Assembly: GCA_002269645.1 (NCBI GenBank)
Contig: NIVC01000163.1
Location: forward strand, 62,001-126,000
Direction of reading: 5' to 3'
DNA: 64,000 bases
From: Macrostomum lignano
Lineage: Eukaryota
In this document: one piece after another, positions 1 to 11,237 of the stretch
Numbering within the stretch: position 1 is the first letter of the stretch
How the letters are laid out: each line of letters begins with the position of its first letter
The notes under the pieces: model-generated
Seen by the model: only the letters and a program-made list of their open reading frames with translations
Databases searched by the model: none
What the model was told of the DNA's origin: nothing
Translations under genes and position numbers: made by a program

Positions 1-33
1 TTGTGTTAGATAAACAAAAGTATACATTTCAAA

Positions 34-264
34 CTAGCCTTTGTTGCTGGCACCTTGTCGGACAATGTCGGCGACTGTTCGACCTTGATTGCCCCAGGCT
101 GGCCGCGGCCGCTGGCTGGGTTTGTCAGACGCTGTCGGCGCAACCACAACCGGATTGTTGGGATCGTTCACGGAGACTTCAACGCGTCTAACTGGACGAG
201 CGGATGGAGCGGAGGCTGCTGTTGCAGTGGAGTCTGCGGCCGCTGCTGCTACCGTCGCCGGCTC
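34..264 (-). CDS. EIF4B: eIF4B probable last exon
   Basis: Acceptor caacag|GAG; 76 codons EPATVAAAA...RPRPAWGNQGRTVADIVRQGASNKG, then TAG at 34-36. Confidence 0.6.
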   Translation of the reverse strand, partial: EPATVAAAAADSTATAASAPSARPVRRVEVSVNDPNNPVVVAPTASDKPSQRPRPAWGNQGRTVADIVRQGASNKG

Positions 265-290
265 CTGTTGAATTTGAATGGCAGTCAGTG

Positions 291-1245
291 AGGGCGATTC
301 TTAGATTTGAAGGTCGATTCTAAACTGAGAAGGGCGATTCTTAGATTTGAAGGCCGATTCTAAACTGAGAACTGCCATTTTTTAGATTTGAAGGCCGATT
401 CTAAACTGAGAACTGCCATTTTTTAGATTTGAAGGCCGATTCTAAACTGAGAAGGGCCATTCTTAGATTTGAAGGCCGATTCTAAACTGAGAAGGGCCAT
501 TCTTAGATTTGAAGGCCGATTCTAAACTGAGAAGGGCCATTCTTAGATTTGAAGGCCGATTTTTAACTGAGAAGGGAATTCTTAGATTTGAAGGCCGATT
601 CTAAACTGAGAACTGCCATTTTTTAGATTTGAAGGCCGATTCTAAACTGAGAACTGCCATTTTTTTAGATTTGAAGGCCGATTCTAAACTGAGAAGGGCC
701 ATTCTTAGATTTGAAGGCCGATTCTAAACTGAGAAGGGCCATTCTTAGATTTGAAGGCCGATTCTAAACTGAGAAGGGCCATTCTTAGATTTGAAAGCCG
801 ATTCTAAACTGAGAACTGCCATTTTTTAGATTTGAAGGCCGATTCTAAACTGAGAAGGGCCATTCTTAGATTTGAAGGCCGATTCTAAACTGAGAAGGGC
901 CATTCTTAGATTTGAAGGCCGATTCTAAACTGAGAAGGGCATTATTAGATTTGAAGGCCGATTCTAAACTGAGAAGGGCCATTCTTAGATTTGAAGGCCG
1001 ATTCTAAACTGAGAAGGGCCATTCTTAGATTTGAAGGCCGATTCTAACTGAGAAGGGCCATTCTTAGATTTGAAGGCCGATTTTAACTGAGAAGGGCCAT
1101 TCTTAGATTTGAAGGCCGATTTTTAACTGAGAAGGGCCATTCTTAGATTTGAAGGCTGATTCTTAACTGAGAAAGGCGATTCTAACTTAGAAGGGCCATT
1201 CTTAGATTTGAAGGCCGGTTTTTAAGCGGAAAGGGAGATTTTGGA
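291..1245. repeat. 40-bp minisatellite, eIF4B intron 3
   Basis: Unit TTAGATTTGAAGGCCGATTCTAAACTGAGAAGGGCCATTC. Confidence 0.95.
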
Positions 1246-1337
1246 TGTGACCAATTCTGAAATGTAAAGAGCAACTCTTACGGGCAACGTTGGTGCTGAT
1301 TCTAATAACGTCTGAAAAGAACAAATTAAACACGTAC

Positions 1338-1623
1338 CTGTTTAGCGCTCGGCTTCAATCGCAACAGTCTGAGCTGCAGTCGGCTGGTCATCAGATTTCT
1401 TAGCAATGCTCAGCGGCTTGACCAGGCGCTGACTGGAGGCTTAGGGCGTCAGTGAACGTGCCACTATTGGGCGCTGGAGCGGCTGCAACTTGAGCGGCAG
1501 ATGAAGCGCCCTGACTCGGCGTTGGTGCTTCAGATGTTGCGGCTGCTGCTGCTGACGGGCCGCTGGGCCACTCGGGTCGATTGGCGCCAGCAGCTGTGGT
1601 GGCTGATGAAGCTGATTGGGAAG
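1338..1623 (-). CDS. EIF4B: eIF4B exon 3 (low complexity; reading frame interrupted as assembled)
   Basis: Acceptor ccctcag|CT fits phase 1 (ASQSASSATTAAGANRPEW...). Donor CAG|GTACGT at 1338. The entry frame hits TAA at 1400-1402, so a continuous frame to the donor needs indels. Confidence 0.55.
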
Positions 1624-1699
1624 CTGAGGGATCCGGTCGAAGGGGAAGGCGTTAACAGTGGAGTAACGGATATCATAAATACTGGGGCTGCAGCGCTTT

Positions 1700-2818
1700 T
1701 TAGAAATGCTAGGGTTGTGCCGGTTCTTAGAAATGCTAGGGGTTATGCCGGTTCTTAGAAATGCTAGGGGTTGTGCCGGTTCTTAGAAATTCTAGAGGTT
1801 GTGCCGGTTCTTAGAAATGCTAGGGGTTGTGCCGGTTCTTAGAAATGCTAGAGGTTGTGCCGGTTCTTAGAAATGCTAGGGGTTGTGCCGGTTCTTAGAA
1901 ATGCTAGGGTTGTGCCGGTTCTTAGAAATGCTAGGGGTTGTGCCGGTTCTTAGAAATGCTAGGGGTTGTGCCGGTTCTTAGAAATGCTAGGGGTTGTGCC
2001 GGTTCTTAGAAATGCTAGGGGTTGTGCCGGTTCTTAGAAATGCTACGGGTTGTGCCGGCTCTTAGAAATGCTAGGGGTTGTGCCGGTTCTTAGAAATGCT
2101 AGGGGTTGTGCCGGTTCTTAGAAATGCTAGGGGTTGTGCCGGTTCTTAGAAATGCTAGGGTCGTGCCGGTTCTTAGAAATGCTAGGGTCGTGCCGGTTCT
2201 TAGAAATGCTAGGGGTTGTGCCGGTTCTTAGAAATGCTAGGGGTTGTGCCGGTTCTTAGAAATGCTAGGGTCGTGCCGGTTCTTAGAAATGCTAGGGTTG
2301 TGCCGGTTCTTAGAAATGCTAGAGGTTGTGCCGGTTCTTAGAAATGCTAGGGGTTGTGCCGGTTCTTAGAAATGCCAGGGGTTGTGCCGGTTCTTAAAAA
2401 TGCTAGGGGTTGTGCCGGTTCTTAGAAATGCTAGGGGTTGTGCCGGTTCTTAGAAATGCTAGGGTCGTGCCGGTTCTTAGAAATGCTAGGGTCGTGCCGG
2501 TTCTTAGAAATGCTAGGGTCGTGCCGGTTCTTAGAAATGCTAGGGGTTGTGCCGGTTCTTAGAAATGCTAGGGTCGTGCCGGTTCTTAGAAATGCTAGGG
2601 TCGTGCCGGTTCTTAGAAATGCTAGGGGTTGTGCCGGTTCTTAGAAATGCTAGGGGTTGTGCCGGTTCTTAGAAATGCTAGGGGTTGTGCCGGTTCTTAG
2701 AAATGCTAGGGTTGTGCCGGTTCTTAGAAATGCTAGGGGTTGTGCCGGTTCTTAGAAATGCTAGGGGTTGTGCCGGTTCTTAGAAATGCTAGGGGTTGTG
2801 CCGGTTCTTAGAAATTCT
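1700..2818. repeat. 27/28-bp minisatellite A, eIF4B intron 2
   Basis: Unit TTCTTAGAAATGCTAGGGGTTGTGCCGG. Confidence 0.95.
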
Positions 2819-2829
2819 ATGCTTGTAAA

Positions 2830-3133
2830 AATAATTAATATAATTGATTACACCTGCCTTAATGGGCAGATGTGCAACCGAGAGCTCAGCCGCAGCTATT
2901 GCGTGGCGCATCTGAAGGCTGCGTACGGCTGTTCAGTCCAAGGACTGGGGGGTCGCCACACACACCCTCAATTACCCCAGCTAATGCTGGCACCCATTTT
3001 AGAGCTGGGTGAACTGAAGAAGCAATGCAGAGTTAAGTGTCTTGCTCAAGGATACAAATTGTTCTTCCGAGTGGGTCAAGAATTGAACCTCGACATTCAA
3101 GTCGTGACTCTGACACTCTAACCACTAGGCTAG
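2830..3133 (-). mobile_element. tRNA-derived CORE-like SINE, copy 1
   Basis: On the minus strand: A-box TAGCCTAGTGG, B-box GGTTCAATTC, central CCTTGAGCAAGACACTTAACTC...CAGCTCTAAAATGGG resembling the MIR/CORE domain, and an AT-rich tail. Homologous to copies 2 and 3. Confidence 0.75.
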
Positions 3134-3400
3134 GCTTGTCACAATTCTTAGAAATGCTGGGCTTGTCGCAATTCTTAGAAATGCTAGGCTTGTCGCAATT
3201 CTTAGAAAAGCTAGGCTTGTCGCAATTCTTAGAAATGCTGGGCTTGTCGCAATTCTTAGAAATGCTAGGCTTGTCGCAATTCTTAGAAATGCTAGGCTTG
3301 TCGCAATTCTTAGAAAAGCTAGGCTTTTCGCAATTCTTAGAAATGCTGGGCTTGTCGCAATTCTTAGAAATGCTGGGCTTGTCGCAATTCTTCAAAATGC
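3126..3400. repeat. 27-bp minisatellite B, eIF4B intron 2
   Basis: Unit TTCTTAGAAATGCTGGGCTTGTCGCAA. Confidence 0.95.
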
Positions 3401-3482
3401 GGGTTGTGCTGATTCTTAGAATGGCTGCACGCGATAGGTCGATTCTTAAAAAGGCACGGTTTAGAATAAATCACAACTTTAC

Positions 3483-5064
3483 CATTGCCAGTCGAATTAG
3501 CTGACTGCTGAGCAGACGGCTGCTGCTGTTGCTTCTGCTTGCGAACTTCCCAGACGTTGACACTTGGCGGCTTCGCGTCGACCATCTTGGGCGGAGGCGG
3601 CGCCTGCGGTGGCTGCTGCTGTTTCTCCGAAGTTCCCGACGATGACGACTGTTGACGAACTTTTTTAGATCCGGGACTGTGACCTGCCGACGCTACTACT
3701 CCGGCAGTAGTATTTGTGACATTTTCATTCTCGTCAACTCTACTGCTAGACGACGAAGCGTGCTGCCTTCTTGGACCCGCTCCACTCTCGCCGCCAGCTG
3801 TTGCCGCCTGCTGCTGTCGCTCCCGTTCCAGACGTTCTTCAATCCGACGCTCAACTGACGCCGTGTCAACCGGCTTGGCGGCGCCAAAAATTGCGGGTGC
3901 CGCGGCGGCCGGCGCTTGAGCGGCGGAGTCAGTTGATTCGGCTGGCGGCTTGCTGCGCGGAATCAGGACTAGCTTCTTGCGCTGCCTGGGCGGCGAGGGC
4001 GAACGTCGATTTCTGGGCGGCGAACGGCGATCCCTGGGCGGAGAACGGCGATCCCTGGGCGGAGAACGGCGATCTCTGGGCGAGGGAGATCGGCTACTCG
4101 GTGACGGAGATCGCCTTCTCGGCGACGGGGATCGCCTTCTCGGCGACGGGGATCGCCTTCTCGGTGACGGGGATCGCCCTCTCGGCGACGGCGATCGCCT
4201 TCTCGGTGACGGGGATCGCCTTCTCGGTGACGGGGATCGCCTTCTCGGTGACGGGGATCGCCTTCTCGGTGACGGGGATCGCCCTCTCGGCGACGGCGAT
4301 CGCCTTCTGGGTGACGGCGATCGGCTGTATCTGGGCGGCGGCGATCGTCGACGCTGATTTGACGGCGAAGGCGACCGGCCACGTTCACGGTCTGGCGACG
4401 GCGAACGTCGACGCCGATTCAACGGCGAAGGCGACCGACGCCACGGACCCGCAGGCGAGCGACGCCTGCCAGCGAATGCGGTACCGCCGCCGCCAGAACG
4501 AGGAGACGGCGATCGTCGCCTGGGGCCGCCACCGGATCGCCAATTTGTGTCGGCGTCGACACGTGACGGACTGGTTCCCTGTCGGCCCCAGCCAGGCCGG
4601 CGCTCCATGCCGCCGCCGACAGCGCCGCCGCCGCGACCTCCGCCTCCGACGCGCATCGGTGGGCCCTGAGGCTTGGCACCGGCCCGCCACGGCCCCTGCG
4701 GGCTGGGCGTTCGACGACGCTCCGGCCGCGACATGCCGCCGTCGCGAGAATCCCGACCGCCGCCCCGGCCGCCGGTGAAACCGTTGTTGGCCGGCGACGA
4801 AGGAGGCGGAGGTCTCGCACTTTTGCGCCAATTATTATCGGTCTCGGAGGCCATCTCAGCTTGTAGGCCGTCACGTCCTGGCCGACCCTTGCCGCCCGCC
4901 TGCTGGCCCTGGCCAGCCTGATTGTCAACGAAGTCGATTTTGATTCGCCTTGTACCGATCGCGCGATCGGACATCTGCAGAGCTTTGATCATGTCCTCGG
5001 CTGTGCGCAGGGTCACGTAGCCAAATCCGCGCAGACTGTTGCGTTCGTTGCGGAGCAGATCAAT
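3483..5064 (-). CDS. EIF4B: eIF4B coding exon 2 (RRM end, RG/RSPSP region, basic region)
   Basis: Acceptor cctcag|ATT gives IDLLRNERNSLRGFGYV (RNP1). Contains the eIF4B motifs RKKLVLIPRS and IFGAAKPVDT..ERRIEERLERE. Donor G|GTAAAG, phase 1. Confidence 0.9.
4015..4326. repeat. coding 21-bp repeats (RRSPSPR / RDRRSPP heptads)
   Basis: GGTGACGGGGATCGCCTTCTC repeats inside eIF4B exon 2. Confidence 0.95.
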
Positions 5065-5136
5065 CTGAGGGTTCGGGTTCGGCACCGTGAAAGTTTTGAG
5101 GCTTTTAAAATCTCGGCATATTTGTTGGAAAAATGG

Positions 5137-5520
5137 CATCCCTAACTCCCAATCCACCATAGGGAAACTGGCATCCCAAACTCCCAATCCATCATAGGGA
5201 AACTGGCATCCCAAACTCCCAATCCATCATAGGGAAACTGGGATCCCAAACTCCCAATCCACCATAGGGAAACTGGGATCCTAAACTCCCAATCCACCAT
5301 AGGGAAACTGGGATCCTAAACTCCCAATCCACCATAGGGAAACTGGGATCCTAAACTCCCAATCCACTATAGGGAAACTGGCATCCCAAACTCCCAATCC
5401 ATCATAGGGAAACTGGCATCCCAAACTCCTAATCCACCATAGGGAAACTGGGATCCCAAACTCCCAATCCACCATAGGGAAACTGGGATTCCAAGCTCCC
5501 AATCCATAATGGGGAAACTG
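5137..5520. repeat. 35-bp minisatellite, eIF4B intron 1
   Basis: Unit TCCCAATCCACCATAGGGAAACTGGGATCCCAAAC. Confidence 0.95.
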
Positions 5521-5577
5521 AGGACAAAAAGTCAGCTTCAAACGTAAAAAATGTAAAAAAATTGTTTAATAGCATAC

Positions 5578-5964
5578 CTCGACAACGTCCAGATCCTTGA
5601 AGAACTTAGCAACATTCTCCTCGGATGTGTCGAATGGCAAACTGCCAACATAAACCTTAAACGGAGGCTGTTTAGGCACTTTGCTCAAATCCAAATCTGG
5701 TTTAGTTGCCGCCTTAGGCGCAGCTGGCAAGTTTCTGCGCAAACTGAGCAAATCGTTCAGGCCAACAAATCCGGGGTCCTCTTCTTCCATCACTTCGCCC
5801 CAATCGGCGGCGGGCCTGGCCGGTTGTTGTTCGAGTTTGCCAACAACGCCGACATTCTCGCCAATAAAATCTGTTAGATGCATTTTAGTGCCTTTGTTCT
5901 GCTTTTTACCTTTCTTTCCGCCTCCAGTTGCTGGCTTGGCAGCCTCGGATGCTGAATCGGCCAT
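5578..5964 (-). CDS. EIF4B: eIF4B coding exon 1 (N-terminus and start of RRM)
   Basis: MADSASEAAK...KKGKKQNKGTKMHLTDF...LPAAPKAA..PDLDLSKVPKQPPFKVYVGSLPFDTSEENVAKFF matches the eIF4B N-terminus and RNP2. ATG at 5964; donor GAG|GTATGC, phase 0. Confidence 0.9.
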
Positions 5965-8267
5965 TGTGTGTTTATTCAGTTGGCCAATGAAGAAAATTTC
6001 ATGCATTGTAATAAGAGCTCGACTCTTGATACTAACCATAGCCAACTTTGCTTAACCTGTAGCATTAACAATAATATAAAGTGGGAAAATTTAGCTAACT
6101 AAACAAGTCCAAACATTTTTGGTAAGCAAGTTAACAAGAATTAATTGCAGCAGTTATTTATACACTGATCAATCAAAAAAATAATAAAAATATTAAAGAT
6201 CTTAAAAAACACAATAAGAATCAATACTTTTAAAATTCTCCCAATTTTATTGTTGTATCTCATTGCTTCTAATGTGGTTTTTCTTCAAAAATCCAAACAT
6301 AAATTAAATACTCATCATTTCTACTACAAAATACTTTATATAGCTCAAAAAAGCAACAAAGAAACAGGTTTAGAATTCATAAATTTTAAGGTATATAAAT
6401 TTAAATGATTTTTTTCTTTCCATTTAAATAATAATAATTATACTTTTTGTAAAGCACCCAGTTATTTTTTCTATTAACATAAACAACAAAGATCAAATTG
6501 TCCTTTTTAAAAGAGGTAAATATGTGTCTTTAAGACCTTAAGAGTAAAAATTAATATCAAAAAAATAAATTCCTTTTTGTCCTATGGCTAATTATCATAA
6601 GCAAACTGTTTAGGTAGATTGTGTTATTTAATAATTAAAGCCATAACAATTTACTTTTTAATCTACTATTTATAGCGCTGTTCTTCAAATTTTTAATACA
6701 ATATATAAAATTTCAGTTATATTTATTTAAATTTTTTAGCTAAAGTAGGCTATATGCCTTTGATAGGAGTTAGGCATCTAAGAAAAACTATGATTTTAAG
6801 CATAATAAAAAGCCAATGATAGTTACAAAATATTTTAGACTAGTTTTCAAAAAAATATAATTTATGCTAGCATACCAAGATAAAACTGCATAGATCTGCA
6901 ACTGCCATGTTTGCTAGCCAACCTAGCCAATCTAATTATAGGGGTCAGAAGATAGGATCTCAATCTTGATCTTGATTATCAAGATCTTGGCACTTTTCTT
7001 AATCTTAATTTGGTTTCAAGATCTCAAAAAAGTCAAAATTTGTAACAATGACTATTAAAATCTTTAAAATATATTGTCTAACTATTAGGCCTAATTAGTC
7101 TATTTGGTAACATAGCTAAGGGGGAAACTGGAATATAGATTCCTAATCTTAATCAACTGCACTTGGGAAGAGTCAAGAGAGGTTAAGATTATAAGATAGA
7201 TATACCAATTTCCTATCATTTCGTGTTTCTTAAGAATTAAAATGGAATGTGATATAATAAGATAAAATAGATTTTTTATATTATAATAATGTAGTATATA
7301 AATTATAATCATATAAGAAAATTTATAAATTATATAATATATGTTGGAACAAGAATCTTATCTAAATTAAATATTTGCCAATATTTAGCAAAAACAAAAA
7401 ATTTCCCAAAAATGTCTATAGTCCTAAGTATAGACTGTGCTTTTTTGCTTTTCACCCTGCATACAAGAGGGTTAGATCAATTCACCAAGTATATGCCAAT
7501 GGACCAGAGGGGAGGGGGTTAGACCACAAAAGGCAGCTAGCTACAAAGACTTTGAGTTTGATTTTATAAAACAATATCCAATGAAGTTTTTGAATTTTTA
7601 AGGAAAGATAATAGATAAACAATACTTATAGAAATGCTTATATATTGTAGTGACCTAAACAATAATATATTACTTTATAGTAATAAAAACATTTTATTGT
7701 TGTTATAGAATAATCATTTAAAAAAGTATCACATGTTTTCAAAGGCCCAAAAAATTCCCGTGAGACATAGCTATAATGGCAAGTTCATAGCTTTAATAAT
7801 GGTAACACCAAAAAAACTAATTGTAGCACTGTTTATACAAAGCATATTGAAAAAAACTTTTTTAACTCTTTGCTACATGTTATACAAGCAGTATTTGACT
7901 GCCTGTGCCTAGGACCTTGTTGTAGGCAAAAATTTTCTCCACATAATAGGCCTAGCATCTTTAGGAGTTTCTTTGGGAGGAAAAGGTGTAGAAAAATGTA
8001 TACCAAAAAGGTCATTTAGTTTTCACAAGTTAAGTTTTTAAGAAAGGCTTTTGTACAAAAAGTATTTTTATTTTAAATAAATTTAAATTTAAATTTACAA
8101 AATATTGATACAAAATTTATATATTTAGGCCCCTAATCATTTTTAAATAAATTTTATTTATTGTTAATTTTTAAAAAGCAGTTTATCACTGACTTTTTAG
8201 ACTACACAAATTTACCTTTATTTTATATAAAGCTTTAGGGGCCCTAATTTACATTACAATTTACATT

Positions 8268-9250
8268 ACGGAATGACCATACAACAAAATGGCCACACTG
8301 TCAAAAAGGCCATACAAAACAAAATGTTAGAGATGTCTATCACATTTTATATTGCTAGGACAACAGATGTAATAATCTGTAATAGAAGTGCAAAATATCT
8401 TTATGGTAGTTAGTAACAATTATTCTCTGATATGATTTTTTTTTTGTTTTTCATTTTTTTCAAATTGTGCATTTGATGGTAAATTAATGTTTTTAACAAT
8501 AAAAATAATATTGCCTACATAAAATTAACAATATCTCAATGCATTTACTTCTTTTGCATTTTGATACAAATTGGTGCAAGTAGGCCTACCAAAGCTAAAA
8601 TTAATTAGGCCAAACAATATGAAGTAGGCTACACTCAATAATATAGGCCTAGCACTAGCACTGATAGTGATATATTAGGCCTACTATAAGAATAATAACA
8701 GTTTAGAATACTCATAGTAGAGGCTATGCAGCTATGCTTATCATACAATATTAAGAATAGAACAAGTTCACCTACAATACTTTTTTGTTTTATATGGCCA
8801 TTTTGTCATGTGGCCATTTTGTTGTGGCCATTTTGCGTTAGAGGTCGGACAGGATCCCAATCCCGATCCTAAAATCTTGGGATCCCAAAGAAAATTGAAT
8901 TCTTGCAGGACCAGAATCCCAACCCTAAAAAACTCGAGATTTTGGAACAGGTCTTTTGATTAAAAATTTATAGAATTAGTGATTTCTTGAAGGTATTTTG
9001 CTTTAACTTGTACTTGTTACATTATTTACTTTGTTGGTTATAAAACTTCATATCAATTTTGTTGTATTTTACTTCTTGATCTTGATAATCTTTTCTCAAT
9101 TTTGTTTAACTTTACATGGACAATACACTAAAAGACCTGATCCCAATTCTTGTATCCCAATCCTGAAAAAAAAATTATTCCCAATCCCGATCCCACCCAA
9201 AGATTTCAATCCCATCTGACCTCTATTCTGCGTGTGGCCATTTTGATGGC
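8268..9250. mobile_element. older MITE-like element with CAAAATGGCCA inverted subrepeats
   Basis: 8268-8325 is the inverted counterpart of 8782-8838 plus 9226-9250; the right arm is split by the 8839-9225 insertion. Confidence 0.5.
8839..9225. mobile_element. hAT-like MITE
   Basis: TIRs TAGAGGTC(G/A)GA; 8-bp TSD TTTTGCGT/TTCTGCGT (7 of 8); subterminal ATCCCAATCCCGATCC motifs. Confidence 0.7.
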
Positions 9251-10161
9251 ACCCCATTATTTGCAAAGGTCCCACAGATTCTTTCAAAAACATTTTGATG
9301 CTAATATTAATAAATATGAAACAAAATAACTCTTTAAATCCTATTAAGTCATATAGGCGATATAGCCTATGGCTATAGCCTTATGTAAGATATTAAAATA
9401 TACATTCCCAGTTGTCTGAAACAAGACTCAAGAGAAATTGCACTCTGAGCCTTAAAATCGCACCTTGAAATTCGACACAAGATGCGATTTTGCACCTTGT
9501 CTCTGGCGAAAAAAAAACCCAGCCTGGTAGAAATCCATTGCTGACCAAAATGCTGAAATGGCTAGGGCCTATAAATTTGGTTAGGTCTGTGACTGAAATT
9601 ATGTAGCTCAAAAACTGCCTAATAGAAAAATTAGTAAATTTTTGAAGTTAAAACATGATGAATTAATGTATGAAATGGTTGCTAAATGCCATAAAAGTTA
9701 TTTTAATTCTAGACGCTTTTAAGCTTTAAATAGGCCTATTTACAATGAATGAGCAATGAGTAGGCCTAAGCACCGCTATATTCATACATACAAATAGATT
9801 TAGGTAAATTCTCTAATGGATATTAACATCACAGCCTACAGGATGCTAGCATATTATTATATCTTCTTAATGTCTTTTATTAGGAAATTATTTTTAGAGT
9901 AAGGAAGAGAGAAAGAGTAGGAAAAAAGAGAGAGGAGTAAAACGTGAGTTTTATAGGAATGGAGACTTTAATTTGAAATGTATTGGTCAAAAGTATGCCA
10001 TCTACGCACAGTAAAACAAAAGCCTTAAATACTTCGTAAACAAGTAACAATGAAAAATCCTGCTACTTTTTGCAGAAGTTTTTAGAATCTAAACAAATAA
10101 ATAATTTTAAAAGAAATTATATTTGCTATGTTTTACCCTTTACTACCCTTACCCTTACTTT

Positions 10162-10641
10162 GGGTCCATGAGAATTGCCCGCAGACGAATTGCCCGCCGA
10201 GATTTGCCTGCAGGAGATTTTCCCGTGGAGATTTGCCCGCTGAGCTTTTCCCGCCGAGATTTGCCCGCAGTGCATTTTGCCCGTGAGCGAGTTGCCGCGG
10301 AGTTTTTTCCCGCCGAGGTTTGCCCACAATGCTTTTTTACTGCAGATTTTGTCTGCACCTTCCCAATGCTTATTACATGTAATAAATCTTAGAAAAGAGA
10401 TTTACACGATCAAAACTTTTTGATAGTAACTGCATATCAAATGCGTATTTTTTGGGGGGCCGGGCAATACAGACAGAATCTAGCTGCCAAATGCGCTGCA
10501 ATAAAAAAGCATTGCGGGCAAACCTCGGCGGGAAAAAACTCCGCGGGGGCAACTCGCTCGCGGGCAATCCACGATCGCGGGCAAATCTTCTGCGGGCAAA
10601 TCTCGGCGGGCAATTCGTTTGCAGGCATTTCTCGTGCTCCC
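10162..10641. mobile_element. foldback/MITE with long TIRs built from CGGGCAA subrepeats
   Basis: 10162-10345 is the reverse complement of about 10495-10641 (GGGTCCATGAGAATTGCCCGC vs GGGAGCACGAGAAATGCCTGC). No clear TSD. Confidence 0.7.
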
Positions 10642-10827
10642 GTTTTACTTTATACTAGCCGCCCGCCCGTTTGTGACTCTTAATTAGCAGGATTTAATCG
10701 CCATATAATATCTTCTGTGGGTATAAATAGTTTGTTTTATAACTATGGATACGAAGTAATCTTTGATTTAAAAAATGACATATTTCTATTCATAAACAGA
10801 CTACCTTCAGCGATTAAGCGACCAGCA

Positions 10828-11237
10828 CAGGGGAGTCGCCATGGATTTTATGGGTGGGGGGACAGAGCCAAGAATTCAACATGTACAAGACTAAGTTACT
10901 GCAATACCATTATTTTGAAAATCTTGTTGTCAGCGCTCATTTTACTCATTTTACCACCGCAGGCACTCATTTTGGCGCCGCAGGCACTCATTTTGGCGCC
11001 CCAGCAGGCATTCCTTTTAGCGCCGCAGGTACATTACTCATTTTGGCACCGCAGGCACTCATTTTGGCGCCGAAGGCGCTATATTTTGGCGCCCTGAAAA
11101 AAATTGTTGATTAACACGAGTCACAAGGTGGGCTGGGGGGGGGGCGGACAAAGCATTGAATTGGCATGTCCTCCCATCATAGCTTTAACTGGGGAGATCC
11201 ATTCCGGCCCCTGTCCCCCCCCGTGGCGACGCGCCTA
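10828..11237. mobile_element. hAT-like MITE with TTTTGGCGCC internal repeats
   Basis: Imperfect TIR CAGGGGAGTCGCCA / TAGGCGCGTCGCCA; flanks GACCAGCA / GACCAGAC (6 of 8). Confidence 0.5.

Noticed and set aside
3090-3133. tRNA gene candidates (A/B boxes here, at 44250 and at 62390)
   Set aside because: They run directly into SINE body sequence and lack a complete cloverleaf, so they are SINE heads.
3652-4921. Plus-strand ORFs opposite eIF4B exon 2, and 60329-61508 opposite the ETS exon
   Set aside because: Antisense shadows of GC-rich, low-complexity coding exons.
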